The position numbers and the translations under genes were made by a program. The notes below the pieces were generated by a model. The model was given only the letters and a program-made list of their open reading frames with translations. It made no database searches and had not been told where the DNA came from. DNA of 64,000 nt from Octopus sinensis (lineage: Eukaryota): assembly GCF_006345805.1 (NCBI RefSeq), contig NC_043000.1:121148001-121212000 (forward strand). The letters run 5' to 3'. Below are positions 1-13,403 of the stretch, piece after piece. Each line of letters opens with the position of its first letter. The first letter of the stretch is position 1.

Positions 1-60
1 CGTTTGTCTGTCCTTGTTTGTTCCCTCTGTGTTTAGCCCCTTGTGGGTAGCAAAGAAATA
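1..60 (+). mobile_element. 3' fragment of tRNA-derived SINE type A (cut by window edge)
   Basis: gtttgtctgtccttgtttgt...tttagccccttgtgggtagcaaagaaata matches the 3' end of the copies at 37466 and 63122. Confidence 0.85.
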
Positions 61-883
61 GCCGAGCATATGGGAGCAACATGCAATAAAATGCTTAAGT
101 TCACACCGAGGAAGACGAGAAAATCGAACGCGCAACTTTACGCTCGTGAAACCAACACCCAAATCTTTCCACCGTCTACGTATATACATGCCTGTCTGTG
201 TGTATGGTTATGGGTTGGTGTTTGTATATGTGAATACACGATTAAGAATGTGTGTGATGTATAACGTATCAGCCAAATAAAGCAAAACTGAATCTTGGCT
301 GGTTTACTAATCGAGAGTTTGTTTGATATTTCAATATGCGAATATTGTATCACCTTACGTCTGCTATGCTAACGGGAAAGCAGTGAGCTAAGATTACGAC
401 TGCAATTCTGCAATATTAATTATTGAATACAGAACATGAAAATTAAATCATATATTCATAGAGCTTGTCTCAGCAAATCATTGTGGCTTGCAGAAAAATA
501 TAATGTAATAATATAGGTGTTGGTTGTATCACACTAAATCGGAATATATGTGATGTTATATATTGCAATGCAGTCGAGGTAAACATATGTGAATTTAATA
601 ATATTGATCCATCTGGCATTGTTGCTGCTCTAAAAATGGTTGCATTGAAAGCTAATAGAAAAAATATATGAGAAAGAAAAATATTTTTTAGATACAGGAA
701 GAAGGACACATGTCATTGTTAACGCAGCAGATAAAAAGAAATTGCGGCACCAAAATTTCTAGCCTTCTAGAAACAAAGTTTTGGTCAACGCCGTAGGAAT
801 ATTTCACTCTTTCCATAGAGAACTTTTTTTTTCTATGACACTGAGTAAATATTATTTTTGCTGTTTTTTCGAGAATTATCATA

Positions 884-1235
884 TCTCTATATATATAAAG
901 CTGAAGTTGTCCGTGTATGGCAGGTTTGGTAGCCTTCAACTAACATTATCCCCTCCGAGGCTCTGCGGCGCAAGTTGACCAAAATTGAAAGTATGATAGA
1001 AGAAGGCTTGCTCTACATTCCTTAGAAGATAAAATTCAAATGGGACCACGTTAACAAAAATTATTTACATCAAATATTTTTTGACTGCTGTGTCGCCATT
1101 GGTCGGTGTATTTCAACCAGAAAAATGTTCACTTAAAGAGAATAACAAGCTACATAATGTAAAAGTTTTACTTTTCAAAAATTCCAATTCTAAAGGGTCG
1201 AAACAAACCCGAGCAACGCCGGGCGACACTGCTAG
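884..1235 (+). mobile_element. Non-autonomous Helitron-like element
   Basis: Starts A|TC(tctatatatataaa). Ends with hairpin cccg-agcaacgc-cggg, then CTAG|T. No TIR or TSD. The 3' end is shared with 32717-33101. Confidence 0.75.
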
Positions 1236-1731
1236 TATATGTTTAAATTTACGATCGAATGTTACGTATTTTTGAGATCATAAGGTGTAATTTGGTGGCT
1301 ATTCGGTTGGTATTTTCATCATGTTATATGATTTTATAGAGGTTCCACTTGAAATATTGAAAATAAGATCAGTTAATATTTTTGAAATTAACTTGAGTTT
1401 CAAATTTAATGTACTTGTGATCCAACAGTGTTTCATTTCAATGCCATGTTATGAAGAAAATACCTATAGATTTTGCTGCCAATTTTGTAATACAAACATT
1501 GTAAATATTCCGGCTACAAAATATGTGTGCAGAGAAAGAAGCAAAGATTGTTCGTGTATTTCCATACTTGATAAAATCATCAACAACTGCATGTCTTCGT
1601 GTGTCGACGGAAAGACTAATTTTCACATATAACACTCTTCTAAGCAGCTAGACTGAATTTTTGATTATAGGTGTATACAGAAATATATGTGTGTATATAT
1701 ACATGTGCGTATATATATATATATATATATA

Positions 1732-2132
1732 GCGGCAGGAATGGCTGTGTAATAAATAGCTTTCTTACCAACCACATGATTCCGGGTTCATTCCCACCAC
1801 GTGGCACCGTGGGCATGTAACTTCTACTATAGCCTCGGGCCGACCAAAGCCTTGTGAGTAGATTTGGTAGACGGAAACTGAAAGAAGCCCGTCGTATATA
1901 TGTATATAAATATATGTGTGTGTGTGTGTGTGTGTTTGTATGTTTGTCTATCTGTGTTTGTCCCCCAACATCGCTTGACAACCGATGGTAATGTGTAACT
2001 TAGCGCTTCGGCAAAAGAGACAGATAGAGTAAGTACTGGGCTGCCAAAGTATAAGTCCTGTTGTCGATTTGCTGGACTAAAGGCGGTACTCCAGCATGGC
2101 CGCAGTCAAATGACAGAAACAAGTAAGAGAGT
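1732..2132 (+). mobile_element. SINE type B (tRNA-like head, CORE-like segment, internal TA/TG microsatellite, aaaagagt-type tail)
   Basis: A-box-like tggctgtgtaa and B-box-like gggttcattccc. Body ctactatagcctcgggccgaccaaagccttgtgag...ggaaactgaaagaagcccgtcg and tail ccagcatggccgcagtcaaatgac recur more than 10 times in the window. Confidence 0.85.
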
Positions 2133-2859
2133 ATATATATATATATATATAATGTTCGTGTGTGCTTTGTGCGTGCGTGTATGTGTGAATGTAAGTGCGA
2201 GAGTATGTGTGTATACGCAAATCTGTACAGTCCACGCATATCTTATAATTTTACTGAGTCATCGTGGTAGCTGTCTACTAAGGCCATTGAGTGACGTCCC
2301 TTTCTTTCTTCTGCATCTTTCTTATTTTCTGTTTCTCTTCTTTCACTGTTGAAGACTATTTTTTTACCCTGTTTTACACTGAACTTCTCTCGTTTTCACT
2401 TCATCTTGTATTAGAACCTGTCGGTCTTGCGCATCAAAGGCCCTTCAGAAGAATATTCCACTAAGTTTAGTATTATGTATATGATATATGAAATTAAAAA
2501 TTATATCTTGTAATTCATGGAGCACATATATTATTCTCAGAGTCAACTACACCATTCTTAATATCATATATTCAGAAACACACACCCATTCGGCTACGTC
2601 ACTGTATTCGCAGGACATTTACAGATAAAGATCCATGAATTATTGTTTTCGAACCAGAGGGAGTTGAGAACATTGTTTTTGCATATTATGTTTCCATTTA
2701 CTTTTAATGGAAACATAGGTTTCGAATTTGTTAACAAATACACCATATATCGTTTTATATAACTATATCTTTTTAGAGCAAATATATTTTTTGTGGTCCA
2801 ACATATGAAGTATATATCCCCCTGAATTTTGTTATGCTTTCTTCTCATAGGTAATTGTG

Positions 2860-3546
2860 TTCCATGTAAAGTCAAGGCCTAGATGGGTACTCAAGAAAGA
2901 TGTAAATTGAATGACAAGAACTGGGACAGATTATGGGAAGTAGTAACAGATCTTGTACGGTGTGAACGTCTCTTTTCCATACCAACAAAGAAACCGGATA
3001 TGACAATATGGTGTGAGGAACGTACAGTAATACGGATTGTTGAATAAACTGTTCCACACAAAGACAGTTTAGATCCAACAAAAATCTGGAAAGACAAGGG
3101 TTATGAGAAGCGACTAGAAGTCTATATGGATGCTGGTTGGAGTACCGTACACTTTTGTGTAGAAGTTGGAAGTTCGACGTTGGGGTGTATCTAGGGCCAG
3201 AATGAGACGGTGATCGCTATCAATTGGTGTCCAACATTGGCAAGCAAATCCCATCTTGAAGGAGATTCAGGTGACATTTAAAAGGGCCAGCCAATGTATA
3301 TGGCTGGAAAGGAGTAATGAAACCCAGTAGGAGAGATGATAATTCAGAAATGGACATGAGATTAAATACTAGTCATTCAAACAGCAGATGAGAGCCTCAC
3401 ATCTGAGAGAAAGGGGTAGATTGTGAAGCCGTTGGGTAGAAGGCCTTCAAATAATGTGTTCGCTCTTGATGACCTCTGAAACCTAATTACATCCGGTGTA
3501 CGGAGTTAACGACTGATTGCACTGTTACTAACAAACTACTTCCAAG
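2860..3546 (+). mobile_element. 3' remnant of a Hero-like (R2 group, restriction-like endonuclease) non-LTR retrotransposon, pseudogenised
   Basis: From 2934 reads WEVVTDL..KKPDMTIWCEERTVIRIVE*TVPHKD..KDKGY..AGWSTVHFCVEVGS, then KRASQCIWLERS* (ends 3330). This is the PD..ELTVP..K..Y..GW..EVG..AS.W RLE pattern, with stop and frameshift. Confidence 0.75.
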
Positions 3547-3561
3547 TCACTCTACATGGTT

Positions 3562-3579
3562 TTGTGTGTGTGTGTGTGT

Positions 3580-3627
<48 letters not shown>

Positions 3628-3807
3628 TGTGTGTCTGTGTGAGTGTTTGTATGAAAAAATATGTGAATACATACGTACAGTGTAAAAGAATATATGCATT
3701 TCATTCGCATATTGTATTGAACTAACATCTGAAAAACTACGGGTGTGTCGTACAGATGTGTATATATGAATACACTCACAAACACACACATACACACACA
3801 CACACAT

Positions 3808-3862
<55 letters not shown>

Positions 3863-3978
3863 ACATATATATACATATATATGTATGTGTATAAATATAT
3901 ATATTAGCTTATGAGAAACCTTGACAAGAGAACGATAATTACACACTGGCTCACAAACAACGCCATATGTATATATGC

Positions 3979-4037
<59 letters not shown>

Positions 4038-4073
4038 CATACTACTTGTATATATACTCACAGACATACAACT

Positions 4074-4121
<48 letters not shown>

Positions 4122-4125
4122 AACA
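3562..4125. repeat. Compound (TG)n/(CA)n/(TA)n microsatellites
   Basis: Direct reading. Confidence 0.95.
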
Positions 4126-5391
4126 TATTATGTATATCCGTAGGCACACACGTGCATGTATATTTAATAGAGAACCTTAACTAGACAAGTAAACGTATGC
4201 ACCAGTGTGGGCGTATATACGCCCCCCCCCCGCACATATATATTCATATATACATACCCGTACAACACACACGCACAACTGAACACCCCCTCCCACATAT
4301 ACACAAATACACTTTTCTTTCGTTCTGTTGTATGCGTTTGTATGTGACCGCTCGCCAATGCGTGCCTATGTGTTCACTTGAGTATATATGAGCTTTTTTC
4401 ATACGCATGCCAGAATGAACTTCATGTGCATTAGGAAATTGTAAATGATTAATGAAGTAGCGAAAACATTCTAGAATTTGTACAGTTATTTTCTCATGTT
4501 TCATTCTGAAATATAAACTTTGATTTTTACATTCCAATTTAGATGTATAACAATTTGTGATGTGCGCTGAAAGATAGAACAGTTGGATGTAATTGACAAA
4601 CTGTAGGTGATGCCTTGCTGTATTCTAAATGAAAAGAAATAGCAAACAAAAGAAATAATTATTTCTGACATTCGAAGCAGGCTCATATGGTTAAAAAAAG
4701 GAACATGACAAGAATATGTCTCAAATAGACAAATACCATATGGAAATTATATTCTACACGCATTGGTATTTAATATAAAACCAGATTATACAACAGTTCA
4801 AAATGACACGAAAAGGAAAACTTGTCTTTCCATAATTATGGCAAAGATATCAAGTGTACTTTTCGTTGTGCCGGAGGCGATACAAAATGTGGCTTCATCG
4901 GGCGGTGCAGTGATGAAGCTGTATGAACGCCGAAGTAGATGATACCGGTATTTGGTCCGATTGCGAGCGATATGAGTTCAAGTACAGTTATGAATTTGTA
5001 CCTTGGTATACTTCATCTGTCGTTCATTTTGACACTACAGCCTGATATGTTGGGTACTTTAACGCAGCATTTACTCCGGATTTCCGGTTCAAGTCTTCAT
5101 TTATCCTTTCGTCGCATCAGTCCGAGGGACGCCTCCGGGCATCAACCTTCTCTGTTGAGTGTTAGCAGAAAAGAAGAAATGAAAAAAAAACAGAATGAGA
5201 TCACATAGATGAAGAATTTTTTCCTTATGTATATGGTTTGATATAATACCAGAGAAGAGTGAAGATACTGGTTTCTCGGTCAATCGACTAAGGTAATATG
5301 CACTTGGAGGAATCACGCCTAGTTTTAATGGCCTTCAGATTAGAGGAGCAAAAGTGAAATATTTCCTACACTTAATAAAATGCAATGAATA

Positions 5392-5870
5392 TAGAGAGCA
5401 AGGATTATTTTAGAACATTTCGTTTATAATTCATTACACCTTCAAATTACTTAGTGTATCTTTCTTTTGTTTTTTTTTTCAGATAACTCTTTCAAGATAT
5501 CATGCTAACTCAAGAAATGAAAAGACATGCAGTCATATTTGCTATACGTGTAAATCACGGAGATTTAGAAATTAGCAAATTTCTAAATGTTGCATGGTCA
5601 TTTGTACACAAAGTTCGGTTGGAATTGGAGGCATGTGATGATAATGTTTCACTTGTATCAAACAGAAGAAAAGTATTCACAATCTCAGACACTAAAAGGA
5701 CATCGGAATCTATACAACGCGTTCAAAACCACATGAATTTTTGAAAAACTTAGTAGATCAATGAGGTTCATTGCTAAAGAACTTCGAATGTCATAGTGAA
5801 CTTTTAGAACTGTAGTACACCTTGACATTCGATATTATAAGTCCTATGTAATGAGGAAAAGCCAATTTTT
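5392..5870 (+). mobile_element. 5' remnant of a maT/DD37D-like Tc1-mariner transposase (HTH DNA-binding region)
   Basis: ORF 5502 reads MLTQEMKRHAV..EISKFLNVA.SFVHKVR. It continues through stops and frameshifts as RSMRFIAKELRMS..FRTVVHLDIRY.KSYVMRKSQF. Putative degenerate TIR near 5392. Confidence 0.7.
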
Positions 5871-5994
5871 CCAAAATTTAATTTTCCAAACTTATAGTTG
5901 AAAAAGTCTCAGTCACAGAAAGCGGTACTAAAATGCTTTTATAATAAAATTATTTCAGCATTTTCTACCTTGACTTATTTTCCTTATAAATATC

Positions 5995-6210
5995 AACTTG
6001 TCAAGTGATGGTGGGGAGGCAGACACAAAGACACATACACACAGATATATATATTCGACGGGCTTCTCTCAGTGTCCGTCTACGAAATCAACTCACCAGG
6101 CTCAGGTCGGCCCGTAGCTAGAGTAGAAAACATCTGCACAATGTGCTGCGCATTGCAGCAGGATCCGGAACCTTGTGTTTGAGAAGCAGGCTTCTTACCA
6201 CAAAGCCAGA
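5995..6210 (-). mobile_element. SINE type B, 5' half, diverged
   Basis: Reverse complement of the B body (gacgggcttct..ccgtctac..ggtcggcccg..agtagaa..cttaccaca). Confidence 0.75.
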
Positions 6211-6216
6211 GCTACT

Positions 6217-6510
6217 GTCTTCTACTACAGCTTGGGGCCGACCAAAGACTTGTGAGTGGATTTGGTAGACGGAAAGTGAAAGAAGTCTGTATGTATAAAT
6301 TTGTGTGTCTGTGTTTATCCCCCACCATCTTTTGGTAACTGATGATGGTGTGTTTCCGTTCCCGTAATTTAGCGATGTGGTGAAACACACCGATAGAATA
6401 AGTTCTAATCTTACGAAGAATAAGCACTGGGGACGATTTGTTCGACTAAAGGCGGTGTCTCAGCATGGCCGCAGTAACATGACTGAAGAAAGTAAAATAA
6501 TAAAATAATA
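6217..6510 (+). mobile_element. SINE type B, 5'-truncated, head-to-head with the previous copy
   Basis: gtcttctactacagcttggggccgaccaaagacttgtgagtggatttggtagacgg...cagcatggccgcagt. Confidence 0.8.
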
Positions 6511-6886
6511 CGTACACACACATACACGGTTTCTGTCAACAAAAATCCTGAATGGTTACCAAGGGGCTATCGTAACAGACAGTCACTAAAGGTGCTGCGC
6601 AGTTGAACTAAACCCAAGTCTACGGTGTTGCAAAACCATAGCGATGTGCAACATATTTTAGGTACATTCTAAGCCAGATAACACACACAAAAAGACTCTT
6701 TTAATCTTTTGATTTACACTAATACTTGGGATTATTGATTAGAATATCAGGTTTGAAATGACGAATTTAGAAACACACACATACACACGCGCGCAAGCAC
6801 CCGTAACTCCGGATGTTTCGTTTCAATGCAAACGAGTAATGGCGTACTAGTCTAATGTTATAGCACAACTGCCTGGTCGCTGGTAT

Positions 6887-6955
6887 TTATATACATACAT
6901 ACATACATACATACATACATACATACATACATACAATACATACATAATACATACA

Positions 6956-6987
<32 letters not shown>

Positions 6988-7015
6988 ATATATACATACA
7001 TATATATATACATAC

Positions 7016-7055
<40 letters not shown>

Positions 7056-7121
7056 ATTATATATATATATATATATACATACATATAATATATACATATA
7101 TATATATAATATATATATATT

Positions 7122-7157
<36 letters not shown>

Positions 7158-7504
7158 TATATACATATATTATATATATATACAATATATACATATTATA
7201 TATATAATATATATATATATATATTATTATTAATAATATTATATGTATGTATATATATACTTTTACTTTCCTGTGAGAAAGATAATTCTGTAGAAATTTT
7301 ACGTACATCGGCTTTGTTTATAAATATAAAACCATTAGTGTGATTTATATCAAGATATGCACCGCTTCTTCACATACACTTTGCGCAGACCATACAGATT
7401 GATACTCATCAGGTATATATATATACATCCAAAGATACATACATACATATATATATAATATATATATATATAGTATATATATTATATATATATATATATG
7501 TATG

Positions 7505-7537
<33 letters not shown>

Positions 7538-7610
7538 ATATATATGTATGTATGTGTATGTATATATATATATGTATGTATGTATATATATATATATGTA
7601 GTATGTATTA

Positions 7611-7642
<32 letters not shown>

Positions 7643-8060
7643 GTATGTATGTATGTATATGTATGTATGTATATATATATATATGTATGTATGTATATAT
7701 ATATATGTATGTATGTATATATATATATATATAGTATGTATGTATATATAATATATATATGTATGTATGTATATATATATATATATGTATGTATGTATAT
7801 TATATATATATGTATGTATGTATATATATATATATATGTATATGTATATATATTATATATGTATGTATATATATATATATATATGTATGTATATATTATA
7901 TATATATATGTATGTATTAATATATATATATGTATGTATGTAATATATATATGTATGTATGTATATATATATATATGTATGTATATATATATATATGTAT
8001 GTATGTATATATATATATGTATGTATGTATGTATATATATATATATGTATGTATGTATAT

Positions 8061-8091
<31 letters not shown>

Positions 8092-8167
8092 ATATATATA
8101 TGTATGTATATATATATATTATATATAATGTATGTATATATATATATATCTATGTATGTATTGTATC

Positions 8168-8200
<33 letters not shown>

Positions 8201-8333
8201 TGATATTATATATATATATATATATTTATTTATATGTATGTATGTATGTCTATATATGTATGTATGTTGTATATATATGTATGTATGTATGTATATATAT
8301 ATATATATGTATGTATGTATATATATATATGTA

Positions 8334-8408
<75 letters not shown>

Positions 8409-8430
8409 GTATATATATATGTATATATGC
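6887..8430. repeat. About 1.5 kb degenerate (TACA)n/(TA)n/(TATG)n array with a short unique spacer
   Basis: Direct reading. Source of the YI/MYVC-repeat pseudo-ORFs. Confidence 0.95.
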
Positions 8431-8721
8431 GTGTGAGTGTGTAATGATATATTCCGTGTATGTGTTTACATCTTTACCAAATCAGTGTGTGTGTGTGTGT
8501 GTGTGTGTTGGACCATGTATGCGTGTGGTGTAAGGTATTGAACACGCCATAAATTTTAAATAAATAGTAATATCTTAAAGCTTTGATACTTTATGGGCTG
8601 ACTTTTCAATTCAGCCGGTTTAACTAACGGAATGAGTCTTTAACAGATGCTTTCCGCATATAAAAATCAGGTTTTCAGTAAAATAACAAATATATTTATA
8701 TTTCGTGTTTTATATATATAT

Positions 8722-9118
8722 AGGCGGAAGAGTGGCTGTGTTGTAAGTAGCTTGCTTACCAACCACACGGTTCCAGGTTCAGTCGCACTGTGTGGTACCC
8801 TGGGCAAGTGTCTTCTGCTATAGCCTTGGGCTGATAAGGCCTTGTGAGTGGATTTGTTAGAATGAAACTGAAAGAAACCCGTCGTATATATGTATATGTA
8901 TGTATGTGTGTGTACGTGTTTGTGTGTCTGAGTTTGTCTCACCAACATCGCTTGACAAGCGATACTGGTGTGGTTATGTCGACGTCACTTAGCGGTTCGA
9001 TAAAACAGACCGATAGAATAAGTACTAGGCTTAGAAAGAACAAGTCCTGCGGTTGGTTTCCTCAACTAAAAGGTGGTGTTCCAGCATGGTCGCAGTCACA
9101 TGCTGAAACAAGTAAAAT
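8722..9118 (+). mobile_element. SINE type B, near full length
   Basis: ggcggaagagtggctgtgttgtaagtagcttgcttaccaaccac..ggttcagtc..ctgggcaagtgtcttct...tgaaacaagtaaaa. Confidence 0.85.
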
Positions 9119-10295
9119 TGTATTAATATAATATGTAAATAAACAATAAATATACTAACAAGAGAGTCTTATTGTCCTGAGGAATACCCACCAGTTTTGG
9201 ACAATGGTGTTGAGTGCAAATTTGGATGGTCATGAATCATAAATTAAGACGATTTATTTATGATTAAATACCATGGGTAAGTCGAAAGCTATAACTCGAA
9301 TGTGCTGCTTTGGTAAACTAATAAATTTCATCAAAATAGGCAGAATAAAGAAACACGATATGTAACTGGTCAACCCAGATATTGGAACACGGTTGTACAC
9401 AAGCATTCTGTCTCACTTATAGGCTTAAGTTGACCAACTCTCTATCACAATGTGAGCATGCTCAAATATTTGGAAATTGTAGCTATAGTTTGAAATTATC
9501 GGTGTTGGAGAACGCTCTGCTCTACCAGCACAGGAGACACTCTTTGTGTTCTTTGCACCAAGGAAGGTTTAGATATCAACCTGGCCAGCAGAAACTGTCT
9601 GTTTAATAAGTGGAATGTGATGGATTTGCTTTTACTCCCATAAGAGAATCTCGATCATTCAGATGCTAGCGTATAGGATCAGTGAGTAATTATAATAGGA
9701 CTGACAAGTCTTCTGACCTTGCTCAGTGTGTAACGATGGTATTTCGCCAAGTAGGTCTCCATCCCTACATTGCACGCGCAATTGTGTCTAAATATCCTGT
9801 TTCATATATTGTGATATCCCCATTTGGCTCATTATTTCCTAGCAGCTATTTCATATCTTTTACACCTCACATTATCCACACCTGGGTCCTACAAACCTCT
9901 ACAATCCTACCACGCTCTTCATACATTTTACTCTCTTTACGGATCTCTCGAAACGCTCAACGACTGAATGCCTGTGAAACTTTAACTTCGTCAGTTAGAA
10001 ATGTGTTCTCTTGTTTGATTTCCTGTTTACCTACTAAGTTTAATTGGAGGGATATTGGGATCTTTGCTATTTTGCCGTTGAATTACATACACTATTTGGA
10101 CTGCAGTCATCCTCAACATCATCATCATCATCATCATTATCAGTACTCCCACCACTATCATCATCTGTTAATAGAACACGTACATTATAAATAAAACAAA
10201 TCGAATTATTTTTCTGTCTTTTCACAAATGTTTGTGCGTTCGTGTGAGTGTGTCTGTGTGTGTTTGTGCGCACGCGTTTGTGCATTTGTGTATGA

Positions 10296-10490
10296 ATCTG
10301 ATAGACCGCTAGCCACTACACTTTCTTCATTTTTCTCTCCTTGTTTCTTTCCGTGTTCCTTTGTGTGGAAGAGCATAGACTCAATACGTTAAATACTTTT
10401 TTCACTTCCCGAGCGTTATAGTAATGTATCTGTTTGCTGTCTACACCATCTGCCATCGTCATTTGTTTTGTTTTGTGAATTTTCCCTTTA
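10296..10490 (+). mobile_element. Short Penelope/retrozyme-like repeat (family H1) with a decayed hammerhead motif
   Basis: Homologous to the reverse complement of 17947-18116 (gtggaagagcatagactcaatacgttaaa; ttcccgagcgttata; tctacacca). Confidence 0.55.
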
Positions 10491-10607
10491 TATATATATA
10501 TATATATATATATAGGTAGATAGATAGATTGATAGAAAGAAATGGTAAGGCAAAAGAAAGAGAGAGACCTCGATATTATGTAAATAGAGAAATTTATCTG
10601 TAAATGT

Positions 10608-10827
10608 AATACGTGACAATTATTCAGTGGCCATGAGAAAACACCTAGTTTCGGATGTTGAGGTGGAAATCGATGCCGTCATCTCTTCGGTTATCCGGCC
10701 ATGGGAAAAAATGCTATGATATAATTTTTTCCGATGACCGGATAATTGAAGAGATGACGGCGTGGATTTCCACCCCGACATCTGAAAATCAGAGTTTATC
10801 ATGGCTACCGAATAATTGTTACATACT
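10608..10827. repeat. About 220 bp imperfect fold-back (two inverted arms of about 100 bp)
   Basis: gtgacaattattcagtggccatga..gatgttgaggtggaaatc..gccgtcatctcttc pairs with gaagagatgacggc..gatttccaccccgacatc..tcatggctaccgaataattgttac. Confidence 0.9.
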
Positions 10828-12547
10828 ACTTTTTACAGATATATATACTTATATATATATACTAACCTACATATAATATATATAATGTATATATATATAT
10901 ATATATTATTATATCTATATATATTATATATATATATATATATATATGTACGTATGTATATATTGTATTATAAATAGAATAATATGTCTGTATATACATA
11001 TATGTCCTAACAATATTTTGCTAATGCGTCTGTGTGTGCTTGTGTGTGTGTGCTTGTATGTGTGTGCGCGTTCGTGTGTTGTGTGTGTGTGTGTCTGTAT
11101 ATTTGTATATATATATATATATACATGACAGATAATGTGAAAGAGAAAGTCAGTATGTGAAAGATGAAAAGAAGTAGATTAATGGATTATCAGAACAATA
11201 CAAGACTTATTATTACAATGAAATTAGTGATAGATTCTATGGAGAAGAGATTAGTGTTCCGTTTCCTATACTTTCTCTTTCTGTACGTAGAACAGCTTCA
11301 CATATGTTACAATTCTCTCTGGAAATCGAATGATCCTCAATAATTTGCTGTTCCCCGTCCGATAAACTTCAGATTTCTCTCAATGTAAGATATCGTTATT
11401 ATTTAATAAAATGTCTTTGTGAAGTGAATAATGAAATGTTTCAGCCATTGTTATAACTAACGTCTTTGTGGCGGTCGTTGTATTGAAACTTGTAGTAATG
11501 CTACGTATCCATTATCCTAGCTATATTATTAAACTGTAATATTATATTTCTAATGTCTAAAGTTCCATAGATTCTAAACAATTTTTAATCAATTCATATT
11601 GTTTCTTTAATTATAATCGATCAGTTTTGCTTTTATGTTTCATCTTCCGTATATTATCTTGCTGAAGGAATCGTATGGAGCACGCAACAGTCGATATAGA
11701 TGCAAGATAACGTTTAAATTATTTTCAACACACGCAGTTTATCTCATTTATAAATCACGTTTTCTGTAGACCAGTGTATCAGTGTAATGAGAATGCCTTT
11801 TGTATTAAGCGCCACATAAATGCCAATATTCTTTTGATGCATGGTAACTCTAAGTGGTTTGGAAATAATTATTGGTATGATAAAATACATCTAACGACAT
11901 CTTGTTTTATTTCTACTGCAGGAGTGTCAAGTAATTTGATTTTATCTGCCACACACGTTTCTCAGTTTCGTCTCTGGACTTTCAGTACATGAGATTCAAC
12001 AGATGAGAGATGATCAAAATCGTTTTCCGCATAAAGAAATATGGCGCTTTTCAGCTTTTTGTTACAACTATTCTTTATATATGTGAGCTTAAGTTGTCCT
12101 TTTAGCATCGATATGAAGATCACATGTTCGATCTGCTGGGCCTCTTTTCCTAGACATATAAACTTGTATTCCTGTTACATATTTAGATTTTAAAATCAAT
12201 TTGACGATTCGTTTGATATATTTCTAGAGGTACGTTGAATCGACAAAAAATAATCATGAATATATGGCTTGGAATCTATACAGCATTTAATTGATTATCG
12301 CAAACTATGAAGCTACGATGTCATAAATGTTCATTAAATCTGTGGACCCTAGCATCGGATATGCTGAGAGCATCTTGATCGAGGACTTCATATATACTGC
12401 GATAGGAACGTAACTCTGTCACAAGGTCAATCACAAACTCAATTGTGCATGTTTCTCATAATTTTCATATTATTGTAATCATTTTTGTATTCTTCGTGCA
12501 AGTAACCATTGTACCAAACAATGATGAAGATATATATATATATATAT

Positions 12548-12595
<48 letters not shown>

Positions 12596-12597
<2 letters not shown>

Positions 12598-12965
12598 TTT
12601 ACTCTTTTAGTCTTTAACTGTTTCAGTCATTTGACTGCGGCCATGCTGGAGCACCGCCTTTAGTCGAGCAAATCGACCCCAGACCTTATTCTTGTAAGCC
12701 CAGTACTTATTCTATCGGTCCCTTTTGCAGAAACCGCTAAGTGACGGGCACGTAAAAACACACCAGCATCGGTTGTCAAGCAATGCTAGGGGGACAAACA
12801 CAGACACACAAACACACACATACATGTATATATATATACACATATATATGACAGGCTTCTTTCAGTTTCCGTCTACCAAATCCTCTCACAAGGCATTAAT
12901 CGGCTCGGGGCTATAGCAGAAGACACTTGCCCAAGATGCCACACAGTGGGACTGAACCCGGAACA
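12596..12965 (-). mobile_element. SINE type B, 5' end lost in a TA array
   Basis: tttcagtcatttgactgcggccatgctggagcaccgcctttagtcgagc...cacttgcccaag..actgaacccggaac. Confidence 0.85.
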
Positions 12966-13403
12966 ATATATTATATATAGTATATATAATATATATTATA
13001 TATAGTATATATGCATATATATGTATATATGTACATGTGTGTGTGTGAGTGCAGGTGTGTATGCATGTGTGTTTATGTTTGTCATTCCCATCGCTTGACA
13101 ATCGGTAGTGGTTCATTTACATACGGTAAATTTCCAGTTCGGCAAAAGAGACCTGTTGAATAAATACCACATTAAAAGAATAATGACTGGGTTTGGTTTC
13201 TCCGATTAACTTGTTCAATACACTGCAACAGTATTGAACAAATAACAAACTAAAATAAGTAATAGACAAAACGCATTCGATTTGGAGAGAATATTTCTCA
13301 AAATAAACTTTAAAAGTTTAATAAGCAAATATGAAAAATTCATGTTTTTTTTTCAAAAATAAAAACGACCACAACAGCGCCTTTAAAATATGTCTCTGCG
13401 CAA

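Noticed and set aside
7502-8533. Long ORFs (up to 208 aa) rich in YI/MYVC, with similar ones at 16.4, 34.1, 52.6 and 56 kb
   Set aside because: They are translations of (TA)n/(TATG)n arrays that lack stop codons in several frames
9682-10194. 170-aa ORF ending in poly-His
   Set aside because: The His run comes from a (CAT)n repeat, the start is GTG, and no domain is recognisable. More likely decayed repeat DNA
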